Assembly (NCBI GenBank): GCA_951406725.2
Contig: OX597832.1
Span: 434,001 to 497,995 of the forward strand
Length of the DNA stretch: 63,995 nt
Origin: Octopus vulgaris
Lineage: Eukaryota
Direction of reading: 5' to 3'
Position 1 is the stretch's first letter. Every line of letters begins with the position of its first letter. This document shows, in pieces, positions 1-15,027 of the stretch. The notes below the pieces were generated by a model. That model was not told the DNA's origin. It made no database searches and saw only the letters and a list, made by a program, of their open reading frames with translations. Both the position numbers and the translations under genes were made by a program.

Positions 1-623
<623 letters not shown>

Positions 624-716
624 TGATTGATTGATTGATTGATTGATTCTAGTTTCAGCTTATGAGCTGTGGCCATGCTGGGGCACCGCCATTTGGTGTT
701 GCTACTTGGTTTCACT

Positions 717-3700
717 TCATGGAGGCTTTCTAGCAACTGCTATTTGGTGCATGAGAGAGTTCGATGCAGCTGCCCTCATCTGCCCCTCCTGCCGTGAAGT
801 TGGTTCATCTGGGACACCTGACAGGAAGAGATCCAGCTTCATTTTAAAGACATCTGTATCCACCCCATGCAGGTCTCTCAGGTTCTTCGGGAGGATATTG
901 AAGAGCTGTGGGCCTCGGAAGCCCAGGCTATCACAGTATCTTGTCCTACATCTTGATGGCAGGTTTGGAGTCCTAGGCACCACGCAGTGGCGCCCAGTTC
1001 TGGCATTTGCGTAACTCTCGATGCCAAAGTTCAGGACACTTCCCTCCAGGATCTTCCAGATGTATATTATGGCATATCTTTCCCGCCTACGCTCCAGGGA
1101 ATATAATTTTAATCTCTTGAGTCTTTCCCAGTAGCTTACATTCTGCATAGAGGCTATCTTCTTTGTGTAGCTTCGTTGGATCGCCTCAAGTTCTGTGATC
1201 AACTTGACACTGGATGGTGACCATTGCTGAGAGCAATAGTCAAAGTGGCTTAGGACAAGTGTCTTCCAGAGGACCATCATGGTTTCTTGTTCTCTTGTTC
1301 TAAAGGTTCTAAGAATCCATCCAGCCAGCCGTCTACATTTCATTGTCAGTTTAGCAACATGTACATGAAAGGTCGCGTCATCACTCATGTGAATACCCAG
1401 GTCACGCACTGATTGTGCCTCTGGGATTGCAATCCCTCCGGGTCCAGTGTATTCATTGGGTATTGCATTCAGTTTTGCATGCTGATAGTATAAAGCTTGA
1501 AACTTTCCAGCATTGAACTGCATGCTATTCTTTTCAGCCCACTTGTATATTTCGTCCAGCTCACATTGCAGGTGTTTAGTGTCCTCAGGGTTCTGTATTG
1601 CCTGTGAAACTTTTGTATCATCTGCATAACTTGTGATCGTGGCTCTCTGCGTGGCTGAGGGCATGTCTGAGAGGGCCATTATGAACAGTAGTGGTCCCAG
1701 AACAGTGCCCTGCGGAACACTGCTCACTATTTGTGTGTTAATGGAGGTGGCCCCATTGGCTACTACCACCTGACTTCTATCCTTCAGAAAGTCATGAAGC
1801 CATTCTCCCAGTTTTCCAACTATGTTGAGATCACGCAGTTTGTGACATATCATTCCATGATCGACTTTATCAAAGGCCTTTGCAAAGTCGAGATATATCA
1901 CTTCCACATTTGAGTGGTTGAGCAGCCGTTTCAGCACCCAGTCATAGTGTTGTAGGAGCTGAGTTAAACAGCTTCTCCCTGGTCGGAAACCATGTTGGGT
2001 GTCGGGCAGCAAGTCATTCTCTTCAAGGAAGGTGATCAGCTTCCTTCTGACTATTCGTTCCATGACCTTGCTGATGTGTGAGGTCAGAGAGATAGGTCTA
2101 TAGTTCTTGGCTTCCGCTCTGCTACCTCCTTTATGAATGGGGCATATTTTACCTTCCTTCAGTTTTCCTGGAAGTTTGCCAGCTGCAAGGAAGCTCTGAA
2201 AGAGGAACTGCAGTGGTCTTGCTAGGACTCTCTTACATGCTTTTAGGAGGATTGCCGGGAATCCATCGGGGCCAGTAGCTGAGTCTGTTTTCATTTCATC
2301 TATAGCCTTGGTTACATCGTCTTCATTTATATCGATGTAATCTATCGTCGCCGCCTCTGATTTTATATCTGCAGTGGTAAAAAAGTCAGTTGGATTGGTG
2401 ATTTGGAGATGCCCAAGGGGTGGAGTGAAAACACTCTTGAATTGCTCATTCAGTATTTCACTTACCCTCATTGGTTTTCCTGTAAGTGTGCCATCCTTTT
2501 CGAGGAGTGGCCCTATTCTACAGTGCACTGTAGCTGTTTCTTTGGCATACCTGTAGAAAGCTCTGGGGTTAGATTTTATGTTTTCTATAGCCCAGGCTTC
2601 TTTGTCTGCTCTTTCTTTTTCATGGGAGAGTTGCAGACATTTTTCGATTTCCAACAGTTTTATTTTTAGGCGGGACTTTTCACTGCTTTCAATCTGTATG
2701 TTTAGGCGCTTTGAAAATTTCGTACGCCGTCTCATTAAAATTTTCCTCTCTCTGGGGATTTTGTTCTTGTGTACAGTGGCCTTTCTCTCTGGGACACATT
2801 TGTAGCATATGGCTTGCATTACAGACATGAATTGTTGAAGTTTCACGTCGATGTCTGGCGAGGAGAGACATTCAGGCCAGTTTTGTTTGAGGATCTCTTT
2901 CTCAATTTGTTTCCAGTTTGCCTTATGGTAGTTCAAGCTGGAAAGATTTTGAGGGTTTCTTGTAGGCTGCATGTCCGTGCTCTCTTTTGGCCCGTACATG
3001 GTCAGCTCTACCATGTTGTGATCCGAGAGTAGTGTCGGTGTCACTTTCACATTATGGATGAGATCCATGTCATTTGTGAAGCAGAGATCCAGTGTGTTAC
3101 CTGCCCTGGTTGGTTGGAGTATTACCTGCTCCATGTACAGGGTGTTGATGAGGTTCAGGAGGGACCTCGCCTGTCCTCGTTCACATCTTGTCATTCCTGG
3201 GAGAGAAAGGCCCTCGGGCCATCTGACATTGGGCAGATTGAAGTCTCCCATAAGAAGCACACCTATGTGTTGTTCTAATGTGGTTAGAATTTCTTCTATT
3301 TTTATAAGGCAGTCTTCAAACTTGCCCACATGGCTTGGGGCATCTGGAGGGCGATATGTAGCACACACAACTACATCAAGTTGCCTAATATGTACAATTA
3401 GTGTGTCACACACCGAGTTTGAGTATGACAAGAGGACCTGGGGTGTGAGGTCCTCACGGATGTACATAGCAACACCTCCATGACTCCTTTCTTTCCTGTC
3501 GGTCCGTAGTACAGCATACTGTGGTATGTGTAACTCCGCATCTGCTATGTCCGGTTTCAGGTGCGTTTCTGTAAGTGCTATGCATAAGGCTTGATTGCAT
3601 GCAACAAAGTCTCTCAGGAACGGGATCTTTGTCCTGTTACTGAGTGTTTGCAGTCCTCTGATGTTCAGTAGGAGTATCGAGGTGAGGTGTACGTTGTTGT

Positions 3701-3824
3701 TGCCGGCGGTGTCCATCCTGTGTCTGTTTGCTGTGGTGGTCTGGTATATAGTGGGTAGTCCCACCTGCGGGCTTGGGTTTGATGAAGCCAGGTCAGCTGC
3801 TGTACAATCTTTTGTGCCATGCAC
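717..3824 (-). CDS. LINE ORF2: apurinic-like endonuclease + reverse transcriptase (CR1/L2 group), 1035 aa, uninterrupted
   Basis: APE motifs LNIRGL, LTETHL, GDFNLP, LDLCF, SDHN; RT motifs [49 protein letters not shown]. True start may be a downstream Met. Confidence 0.95.
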   Translation of the reverse strand: MHGTKDCTAADLASSNPSPQVGLPTIYQTTTANRHRMDTAGNNNVHLTSILLLNIRGLQTLSNRTKIPFLRDFVACNQALCIALTETHLKPDIADAELHIPQYAVLRTDRKERSHGGVAMYIREDLTPQVLLSYSNSVCDTLIVHIRQLDVVVCATYRPPDAPSHVGKFEDCLIKIEEILTTLEQHIGVLLMGDFNLPNVRWPEGLSLPGMTRCERGQARSLLNLINTLYMEQVILQPTRAGNTLDLCFTNDMDLIHNVKVTPTLLSDHNMVELTMYGPKESTDMQPTRNPQNLSSLNYHKANWKQIEKEILKQNWPECLSSPDIDVKLQQFMSVMQAICYKCVPERKATVHKNKIPRERKILMRRRTKFSKRLNIQIESSEKSRLKIKLLEIEKCLQLSHEKERADKEAWAIENIKSNPRAFYRYAKETATVHCRIGPLLEKDGTLTGKPMRVSEILNEQFKSVFTPPLGHLQITNPTDFFTTADIKSEAATIDYIDINEDDVTKAIDEMKTDSATGPDGFPAILLKACKRVLARPLQFLFQSFLAAGKLPGKLKEGKICPIHKGGSRAEAKNYRPISLTSHISKVMERIVRRKLITFLEENDLLPDTQHGFRPGRSCLTQLLQHYDWVLKRLLNHSNVEVIYLDFAKAFDKVDHGMICHKLRDLNIVGKLGEWLHDFLKDRSQVVVANGATSINTQIVSSVPQGTVLGPLLFIMALSDMPSATQRATITSYADDTKVSQAIQNPEDTKHLQCELDEIYKWAEKNSMQFNAGKFQALYYQHAKLNAIPNEYTGPGGIAIPEAQSVRDLGIHMSDDATFHVHVAKLTMKCRRLAGWILRTFRTREQETMMVLWKTLVLSHFDYCSQQWSPSSVKLITELEAIQRSYTKKIASMQNVSYWERLKRLKLYSLERRRERYAIIYIWKILEGSVLNFGIESYANARTGRHCVVPRTPNLPSRCRTRYCDSLGFRGPQLFNILPKNLRDLHGVDTDVFKMKLDLFLSGVPDEPTSRQEGQMRAAASNSLMHQIAVARKPP

Positions 3825-4016
3825 AAAAAAGATTGTTGCTCAGCAGCTGCTCTTTCGACAACATCATGTTGGCTGTTTGTGGCGCGCACAACATCTGCGT
3901 ACCTCCGCTTTGGGGCAGGTGGTGCGTAGTCCATCCCTTTTCTTTGTGTTGATGGTTTGTCCATCTGCCTCGTGTCTCTGTGGCAGGGTCCCCGATGTGC
4001 AAAGCGGCAGCCTGCA
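3665..4016 (-). pseudogene. C-terminal remnant of LINE ORF1, overlapping the ORF2 start in another frame
   Basis: Open frame GCRFAH...RYSY* directly upstream of ORF2; CxxxH resembles the end of a zinc-finger motif. Confidence 0.5.
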
Positions 4017-4268
<252 letters not shown>

Positions 4269-4397
4269 ATTAATTAATAAGGGTGAGAGAATTAGATACT
4301 AATTTAATAGCATATTTATTCAACACCAAGTGGCCTAGTGCTTCGAGAAACCTGGATTATTATAATATTTTATAACATATTATAATATTTTTACAAA

Positions 4398-4528
4398 ATA
4401 AATATAAGAGAGTGGTCACTATATTGCTCACTCTAGCACCAGTTAATCCAATGTATTTTCGTGGTTGAAACCTTTTGGATTAACTGGTGCTAGAGTGAGC
4501 AATATAGTGACCACTCTCTTATATTTAT
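4398..4528. repeat. Perfect 54-bp inverted repeat (4398-4451 / 4475-4528) with 23-nt loop
   Basis: ataaatataagagagtggtcactatattgctcactctagcaccagttaatccaa and its exact reverse complement. Confidence 0.95.
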
Positions 4529-5926
<1,398 letters not shown>

Positions 5927-6142
5927 ATCATCGTCGTCGTTTAACGTCCGTTCTCCATGCTAGCATGGGTTGGACGGTTCGACCGGGGTTCTGGGAAGCC
6001 AGAAGGCTGCACCAGGCTCCAGTCTAAATTTGGCAATGTTTCTACAGCTGGATGCCCTTCCTAACGCCAACCACTCCGTGAGTGTAGTGGGTGCTTTTTA
6101 CGTTTCACCTGCACAGGTGCCAGGCGGGGCTGGCAACGGCCA
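5927..6142 (-). mobile_element. RTE 3'-tail fragment
   Basis: Reverse complement matches the 3' end of the RTE at ~36230-36430 (catgctagcatgga..cggacgttaaacga). Confidence 0.85.
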
Positions 6143-6153
6143 CATATATATAC

Positions 6154-6187
<34 letters not shown>

Positions 6188-6207
6188 GTACATATATATA
6201 TATGTAC

Positions 6208-6239
<32 letters not shown>

Positions 6240-6513
6240 GTACATATATATATATACATATATACATATATATATACATATATACATACATATATATATA
6301 TATATATACATACATATATATATATATATATACACGTATATGCATGCATATATATATACATATATACATACATATACATATATACATACATATACATGTA
6401 TATATATACATACATATACATATATATATATATACATATATACATACATATATATATATATACATATATACATACATATACATATATATATGCATATATA
6501 CATACATACATAT

Positions 6514-6546
<33 letters not shown>

Positions 6547-6609
6547 TATGCATATATATATATATATACACACACACACCCACATATACATATACATATA
6601 TATATATAT
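6143..6609. repeat. (TA/CA)n microsatellite
   Basis: Directly visible. Confidence 0.98.
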
Positions 6610-6805
6610 GCTTATGTTCTTCGTAATGGAATTGACCAAAGTCCAGCCATTTCTACTATTGGTTCGGTACATTTAAAAGCAAGGGTAAGTTAAGACCATT
6701 ACAGGGGTAGACATTAAGTAAAGAAGTAAATAATGTCTACACCAGTCAATAAAAGGTGTGGGGGAGAAGAGTATATCATAAGTGGCATGAGGCTGCTCAT
6801 CAGGC

Positions 6806-7008
6806 TCTTTTGCTGAACTGCTAAGTTACGGGGACGTAAACACACCAACATCGGTTGTCAAGTGATGGTGGGGAGACAAACGCAGACACACAAACATATA
6901 CATACACACATATATATGTGTGTGTGTGTGTGTATACGTTTGTGTGTCTGCGTTTGTCTCCCCACCACCACTTGACAACTGATGTAACTTAGTGTTTCAG
7001 CAAAAGAG
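6806..7008. repeat. SINE fragment plus its fold-back inverted copy
   Basis: 6806-6910 and 6918-7008 are reverse complements (one internal deletion); both match the body of the SINE at 55847. Confidence 0.8.
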
Positions 7009-7068
7009 AATCCAGCAAAGAGTAATTTTGTAATTTATAAAATACGTATATCTTAAAGTGTACGTGTA

Positions 7069-7128
<60 letters not shown>

Positions 7129-7468
7129 CCTCATGTGTATGTAGTTTCGTTCTTACATAACTGAAATAACTTTAAGATATATTGATTTTATAAATTACAA
7201 AATTACTCTTCTTATAACTTTCACATACCTCTGTTTATATTTCATCTAATATGAATAATATAATGCATCAAATAATAATAATGATAATAATTGATTATTG
7301 TGTATGCTTATAAATGTAAATATGTATGTCCATTTAAATGTAGATATATGTATTTATGTATGTTTATATATTTATGCATACGTATATGTATAAGTATGTA
7401 AATATGAGTGTATTTATTTATTTTTATATTTATATTTATTTATAACTTAACCTTATGTACTTTCTAAA

Positions 7469-7592
7469 ATCTCTGACGAAGCCTAGAGAAACACCCAAGT
7501 ACCTCAATTTCATCTACTTATTACTTCAGTCTACTAGAGGGATAAAGGTAGAATGAGGTATTTTTGCCTCTTGGCTGAAACAGCTGTAAGAT
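7469..7592 (+). ncRNA. Minimal type I hammerhead ribozyme with extended stem II
   Basis: atct-CTGACGA-agcc...ggct-GAAA-cagctg-TA-agat; stems I, II and III all pair. Confidence 0.8.
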
Positions 7593-7816
7593 ATTTTCCC
7601 AATTTATATTCCTGTATGTTATATTTTAATAATTACTGGTATCTTTATATATTAATATATTTTATATGTAAAGCATAATAAGTTATACATGTATGTATAT
7701 TCTTGTAATTGTCATTTTAGTAAATAAATAAATAAATTGACATAATATAATGTCTAAAAGTTGATGAACCACCTATTGATCCCCTTCATTTTCTTATTGC
7801 TTTATATATATATATG

Positions 7817-8175
7817 TAGGCGTAGGAGTGGTTGTGTGATAAGTAGCTTGCTTACCAACCACATGGTTCCAGGTTCAGTACCATTGCATAGCCCCTTTGG
7901 CAGGTGTCTTCTACTACAGCCTCGGGCCGACCAAAGCCTTGTGAGTGGATTTGGTAGGCAGAAACTGAAAGAAGCCCGTCATGTGTGTGTGTCTGTTTGT
8001 CCCCCCATCATCGCTTGATAACTGATGTTGATGTGTTTATATCCCCATAACTTAATGGTTTGGCAAAAGAGACCAATAGAATAAGCACTAGGCTTACAAA
8101 GAATAAGTCTTGGTGCTGATTTTTTCGACTAAAGGTGGTGCTCCAGCATGGCTGCAGTCAAATGATTGAAACAAA
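7817..8175 (+). mobile_element. tRNA-derived SINE (family A, octopus OR-like)
   Basis: A/B-box-like head (ggttcagtacc), body shared with copy at 55847, tail ccagcatggctgcagtcaaatgattgaaaca. Confidence 0.85.
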
Positions 8176-8419
8176 TAATATATATATATAACTCACTTTG
8201 TAAAATAATATGGTTGTAAGTGACTTATTTCAGATTGGATTAGGATGCAATAAAAGCATTATTGTGAGAAAATCCAGAAAGAAGAAAGGATATCAATGAA
8301 TATATGACAAGCTGCTGAAGTAGAATGTATAAATACAAATCGAAACATTATTAACTGCTATAAATTATTTCCACTGAAAATAATGACAGATGTGATGCAA
8401 AAAAAACAAAAACATCTAC

Positions 8420-8612
8420 CTTTGCCAAAGTCATCCATTTTGCAGAGGGAACTAAGTGGAGAAGTAAGACTCTGGTCATTGTTCAGAGAATAACTGTGGT
8501 CAGATGTGATTCTTGGAGACTGAACTGCATCGGTAATCATCTTATCATTTAAAACAGGGTCTTCAAGAAAACTGTTGAACCAGTCATTGTCCACATAGTT
8601 TTCAGTACTCAG
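8420..8612 (-). CDS. Internal coding exon of a CREB3-like bZIP factor (CrebA/CREB3L1/CREB3L2 family), N-terminal region
   Basis: Acceptor ttttgtttttaaattttag, then 193 nt LSTENYVDNDWFNSFLEDPVLNDKMITDAVQSPRITSDHSYSLNNDQSLTSPLSSLCKMDDFGK, then GT donor (phase 0 to 1). LNDKMITDA and HSYSL recall the conserved CrebA/CREB3L N-terminal motifs. Confidence 0.8.
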
Positions 8613-9086
8613 CTAAAATTTAAAAACAAAACAACATATTCAAACAATTTAGTTAAGAAATGTTGATAAGAATAGATATAAAATAAATAAAAAAGAACCA
8701 AAATAAATGAAACAGGTATACTGTCTTGAACACCCAATTTATAACTAGAATCACCTTTCTGTAACCAGGAGTATTCATTGAAAATCTCAGCAGTTGGTTC
8801 ATTCAGCAACATTTATACTAGGCATATTTCTTGTCATAAACATCGTAAAAGGACATGGCATCTTATCTTGCACACTCTTGTGAATGTGTGTACATTTGTA
8901 TATAAGTATGTTGCGTGCATATCTAATTTTAACGAGACTTTAATAATGCTTATAATGCTGCTAACACTGGCTCCTACCTCCTGTAGGGGCAACAATCTTA
9001 ACATGCTTGAATGTTGTCAGGTCAGAAGAGAGAACAGACAAAGCATGCCTAAAAAACGAACACAACAACCTCCTTCTTCTTTTCAG

Positions 9087-12000
9087 GTACTGAATAACAT
9101 CCCTCCTCCCCAAACATCACTCCACATTCCCTTCCCAGTTTTCAGAGTTGGTACTGTCAATGTAGGCACACTGAAAGGTAGGTCTAGTGAGATTGTAGAG
9201 ATGCTTGAAATGAGACAAGTTGATCTATGCTGCATACAGCCAGGAGAGGAGCTTCAGCTACGGTTCTTCACAGGCAAGGCACATAGGTATAAAGTCTTCT
9301 GACAAGGTAACATAGATGTTGTAGGGGGTGTAGGCATACTCCTTGTGGAGAAATGGGTAGATAAAGTCATAGAGGTTGTTAGGGTATGCAATAGAGTGCT
9401 TAAGCTCAGGCTAGTCCTGCAGAACAGCACAGCTACAGTTATCTCTGCCTATACCCCATATGTGGGGCTATCAAATGATAAGAAGGACCACGTTTATGAT
9501 ACCCTTCTACAGGCTACCTCAAATACAAGTGGCAATGACCTCATCTTTGTGGCTGGAGATTTTAATGGGCATGTTGGGCAGAAATCTGGAATTTTCACTG
9601 GGGTACATGGAACGATGAGGGAACTAGGCTACTGGAGTTCTGTGATGCATGTACCATTTTAATCTGCAACACTAAGTTAAGGAAGCCAGACAGCCACCTG
9701 ATAATCTATCAATCAGGGGACTCTGCTAGCCAGATTGATTTCATCCTCACCAGACAGCGGGATGCAGGGTTGCTCTTAAATACAAAGACCCTCCCTGGTG
9801 AAGAATGTACCTCACAGCATAGGCTAGGCATTAGTGACTCAAAGCCAGAAGGATACCAAGAAGCAAACCAATCCAAAAAAAAGAAGGATTTGGAAGCAAA
9901 AGAACTCTTCCCATGGTCAGACATTTAGGGACATCCTCATCAAGAAATTTGAGGAGAGGGAGGAGGAGCTACAGACATTGGACATAGAAGGTTGCTGGAA
10001 ATTCCTACAAGACAGGTTGCTGAGTGCCACAGACCAAGTCTGCGGTTGGTGCAAAGTCCCTTCCAGACCTAGAGTTATGTGGTGGTGGAATAGTACAGTA
10101 GACAAAGCCATTAGAGCAAAGAAACAGGCTTGGAAGGGTGAGGGTAGCAGGGAACTGTACCAGGTAGCCAAAGGGGAGGCTGGGCGGCAGGTATACATAG
10201 CCAAGGGCAAAGCAGAAAAGAGGTTTGCCAATGTCCAGCGACATGAGGACCAAAGACCTGTGGTATTTCGGATTGCAAGACAGGGTGTGAGAGAAAATTG
10301 TGATGTCACAATTCTGAAAAGAAAGAGGCTTGGAGAAGCCATTATGAAAGACTGCTGAATGTGGAGAATGAATGGGAGGAGGAGAGCCTGCCAAATGTTG
10401 ACCCAGTAGAGGGACCAGCTATCCGAATAGACAGTTCCCTGGTAGATAAAGTAATTAAGGGTATGAAGCCAGGAAAAGCCCCCGACCCATCAGGAATTAC
10501 TGCTGAGATGCTTAAAACATCAGGTGATGTGGGTTATGGCATTGTAAACCAGGTAGTTCATGATGGAGTCATACCCAACGACTGGCATAGCAGCACCATA
10601 GTCAACTGCTACAAGGGTAAAGGTGATGCTCTAGATAGAAATAACTACAGGGGTATCAAACTGCTGGATCAGGTGATGAAGGTCACGGAGAGGGTCATAG
10701 CCCATCTCAGTAGGGAGAGAGTCTGCTTAGATGAGATACAGTTCGGTTTTGTGCCGGGTAGAAGCACCACTGATGCCATATTCCTGGTTTGACAACTGCA
10801 GGAGAAATACCTAGCTAAAGATAAACCCCTATACTTAGCTTTTGTGGACTTCGAAAAAGCCTTTGACAGGGTCCCCCAATCCCTTATCCAGTGGGCGATG
10901 CGGAAACTGGAGATTGATGAATGGTTGATAAGGGCTGTACAGGCCCTATACAGAGAGGCCGTTAGTAAGGTTAGGATTGGCAATGAGTATAGTGAAGATT
11001 TCCGGGTAGAAGAAGGGGGTCCACCAAGGTTAAGCCCTCAGTCCCCTTTTATTCATCATAGTCCTCCAGGCAATGACAGAGGAATTCAAGACAGGTTGCC
11101 CTTGGGAGATCCTCTATGCTGATGACCTGGCCCTCATAGCAGAATCACTACTGGAACTAGAAAAGAAATTCCGGGCATGGAAGCAAGGTTTAGAATCAAA
11201 AGGCCTTAGAGTCAATGTAGCAAAGACCAAAGTTTTAGTAAGTAGGAAGGCAAACTCATCATGCACCCCTTCAGGTAGGTGACCCTGCTTGATCTGAAGA
11301 AAAGGTTTAAGTAGAAACTCCATAAGATGTATCCAGTGTAAGCTATGGAGACATAAGAGGTGCAGCAACATCAAGATTAACCAAAAAGATAGCTTTTGTA
11401 TGTGGCAGATGCACAGGAGCAATAAACACCACAGATGCTCAGAAAATGGATTCCATCACACTCCAAGGGGAGAAACTAGAAGTTGTTGATAACTTTCACT
11501 ACCTAGGTGACCAAGTTTGTAGAGGAGGTGGATTCTCAGAGAGTGTTACCACTATAATAAGAATAGCCTGGGCAAAGTTTAGAAAGCCCTACTGGTGACA
11601 AAGGGCCTCTCACTCAGAGTGAAAGGTTGATTGTACAATGCATGTGTGTGAACTGCCATGCTTCACAGTAGTGAAATATGGGTCATGACTGCGGAGGACA
11701 TGCGTAGGCTCAAAAGAAATAAAGCTAGCATGATCCGCTGGATGTCTAATGTCAGTGTCCATGCACGACAGGGTGTAAGCGCCAAGAGAAATGTTGGACA
11801 TAAGAAGCATCGGATGTGGTGTGCAAGAGAGACGTTTGTGCTAGTATGATCATGTACTATGGATGGATGAGGAGAGATGTGTGAAGAAGTGCCATTCTCA
11901 AACAGTTGAAGGAATCTGAGATAGAGGCAGACCCAGGAAGACATGGGATGAGGTGGTCAAGCATGACCTTCAAACGTTGGGCCTCACAGAGGCAATGACG

Positions 12001-12504
12001 GAAGACCGAGATCTCTGGAGATATGCCATGACTGCAAAGACCCGACAAATAAAGTGAGTTCACGGGTGTATCCTACACCAGTTTTGCATAACCAGCCTAG
12101 CCCATTCAAAAGTACCTTGGATCAAAGGGTGACCTGCTGTGCTTACCTTGGATCGTAGCATGACCTGCTATGCTTGAGGAGACCTATTGAGTTAAGTACA
12201 TGAACATCAAAATAAAAATCTAATGGAAATTGTAGTTGCATGTAAGAAGCACCATCCAAAAGTGGCATGTAAAAAGCACCAACCAATCATGGCCATTGCC
12301 AGCCTCCTCTGCCCCCTGTGCTGGTGGCACATAAAAAGCACCTAAAACACTCACAGATTGGTTGGTGTTAGGAAGGGCATCCAGCTGTAGGAACACTGCC
12401 AGATCAGACTGGAGCCTGGTGCAGCTTCCTGGATCCCCAGACCCTGGTCAAACCATCCAACCCATGCTAGCATGGAAAACGGATGTTAAACGATGATGAT
12501 GATG
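9087..12504 (+). mobile_element. Degenerate near-full-length RTE LINE (APE+RT, many stops/frameshifts)
   Basis: RVGTVNVGTLKGR, GDFNGHVG, NYRGIKLL, DFEKAFDRVP, LYADDL in broken frames; (GAT)n tail. Confidence 0.92.
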
Positions 12505-12796
12505 ACACACACATATAAAATACCAGAACATGTACAAAGTATACAAAAATACGTACACTTATATATGATGATGATGATACACTGCATATATGTTTTATAT
12601 AGTTGAGTAGTATATCCTTGATTTATTCCATGTCAAGTGTAATTGTAGATGTGAAGCCAATAGTAACTTTCTGACCAGTTATTTGCCATAACCAAAGATG
12701 TACGACTACATAAAATATAAAAGCTCAAAATTTCTTTTAGATTGTGCTTTCTGTCTGATTTATAGGCAACTGATCGAGAAACATTGATATATATCT

Positions 12797-13185
12797 TGTG
12801 AATAGGGTGTTAAAAAACACATTGCTAGAAATAAGAGCTAAAATGCTCTAATGCTGTAGTTAATGCACATGAATGAAATATATACACTAACAGGGACCAT
12901 AATTGAAAAATGCCGACTGAGAATTATTAAGACTGATGTCAGTTTCAGCAATTTCCATTGCCATCATCAGTTAAGCCAGCTTGGTGTTCGGCTTTTTCCT
13001 AACCTGTTTCTCTATTAGTATATATGTTTCCATCATCCAAATTAATGGATGATTTAGTGATTAGCTAGTGTGTACACACAAAATTAATATAAACAGCAAG
13101 TTCATTCATGTGCATTAACTACAGCATTAGAGCACTTTAGCTATTATTTCTAGCAATGTAGGTATTTTTTAACACCCTAGTCACA
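12797..13185. repeat. Inverted repeat arms 12797-12877 / 13101-13185 enclosing a hammerhead
   Basis: ctctaatgctgtagttaatgcacatgaatgaa vs ttcattcatgtgcattaactacagcattagag. Confidence 0.9.
12927..12974 (-). ncRNA. Minimal type I hammerhead ribozyme
   Basis: Minus strand: ttaa-CTGATGA-t-ggcaat-ggaa-attgct-GAAA-ctga-ca-tcag-TC-ttaa; GUC cleavage triplet. Confidence 0.8.
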
Positions 13186-13983
13186 TTTAGTGACAATTAT
13201 AATTCTCCTTTTTGGTGAAACATTACAACCTGGTGTTTATATTAATTTGTGTGTATATATATTAGGGAGAGAGATAGAGACAGAGAGATATCTAATTTCT
13301 GGTCCCCACGCCACTCCACTTATATACACCTGCCTGTAACACACACACAAACAGATTATGCCACTCATCACTATTTCCAAGAAAAGTAGTATGTTTGTTC
13401 AAAAGTGTCGAAGCAAACAATGCTAATTTGCAACCAACATATGGTGTCAGGCAAAGCTACACATGCACACACATGCATATATGACATTCCTGTCTTGTCC
13501 TCCCTATGTCAACTGTATCATCATTCATCATCATCATCATCATTGTTCGACCGTGGTCGAGACAATGGAATTACTATCATCATTACTATCCTGTTACTGT
13601 TCACCCCGGCTCCTCTCTTCTTGCATTCCTCCATGTTCCCCAACTTATGTGCTACTGGTCACATTCCTTCCCACTTATTGACATACATCACTTCCTACAT
13701 TCACCCTTCAATCCTAAGAGATGTTGCCTATCTTCTCTCCTTCATCATACATTCTTAAAAGCTCCCACTCTCCTAGTCCCCACACATTTCTGTTCCCCTC
13801 ATAACCTGAGGTGCTACCTGGACACCTCATCACCACTATTTATTACTTTGCAGCCACTACTGCTTCATTCTCACTCTCTCCTATAGGTGAGCAGCCATGT
13901 AGCTCCTCTACCTCACCCCTTTCTCTCATGCCTAAAAGACTAAGTGAATGAAAGAATATATAAAATAAAAGAATATATATATA

Positions 13984-15027
13984 TATATATAAAAACTTAC
14001 TTGGAGGAAACCAAACGAAACGACGCAAGGGCGCTCAGTCATACAATAGTGTAATAAATAAAATATATGCATACATACATACATATATGTACATACCTAC
14101 ATCTACATGTATATATACATACATATATAAATATATATACGTGAGTACAGGACACCACAAATAGACGTAGAACTCAACGAGAAACGAAAACGTAAAAACA
14201 AACATGGAAACGGACCTTTTTTTTAACAACGAAAAAACAGAGTACAAGACAAACAACACAAGGAAAATTCCCCTTCATCAGCTGTCCCTAGTACGACTCC
14301 ATGCGTGTTTCGAAGGTGATGACAGAACACGACTCGTCGAACTAGCCCTTCCTCCGAAAGAATTAAATAAAATTCCTTTGCAGAGGGGTAAAAACAAGGA
14401 AAGAAAAAAATGTGACAAAACAGGACGTAAAAACGATACAAATAAAATTACAAAATAAAATACAAAATAAAAATACAATTACAAAAAAATACAGTACAAA
14501 AAATAAAAACAAACAAGAAAACAAACAATGAGGGCCTTTTTTGGCCTAGACGAGGAAAGATTTTTAAGAGCGCAGGAAGAAAGCGTGTTCACTGTTAGGA
14601 GGCCGCAAGCGAAAGGAAGTGGTCGCCCGGCTGTGAGAGAGATGAGGAGGAGTGAGAGAGAGAGAGAGAGATATAGAGAGGAAAGGAAACCAGAAAGGGT
14701 GAAAAAGAGAAACAGGCAAAGAGGAAGACAAGGAAGGAAGGGAAGGTCAAGCAAAGGGTTATAGAGTTTCGCGTCATAATTATATATAAAAACTTACTTG
14801 GAGGAAACGAAACGACGCGAGGGCGCTCAGTCATACAATAGTGTAATAAATAAAATATATGCATACATACATATATGTATGTACCTACATCTACATGTAT
14901 ATATACATGCATATATAAATATATATACGTGAGTACAGGACACCACAAATAGACGTAGAACTCAACGAGAAACGAAAACGTAAAAACAAACATGGAAACG
15001 GACCTTTTTTTTAACAACGAAAAAACA
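13984..15027 (-). mobile_element. Non-coding element with ~250-bp direct terminal repeats (13984-14239 / 14781-15027); probable PLE pseudo-LTR derivative
   Basis: Near-identical direct repeats; hammerhead-like core boxes at ~14270-14312 on minus; TA-rich flanks. Classification is inferred. Confidence 0.55.

Noticed and set aside
8609-8812. ORF MLLNEPTAEIF... as a first exon of the CREB3-like gene
   Set aside because: No convincing phase-0 donor to join the acceptor at 8612 and no recognisable homology
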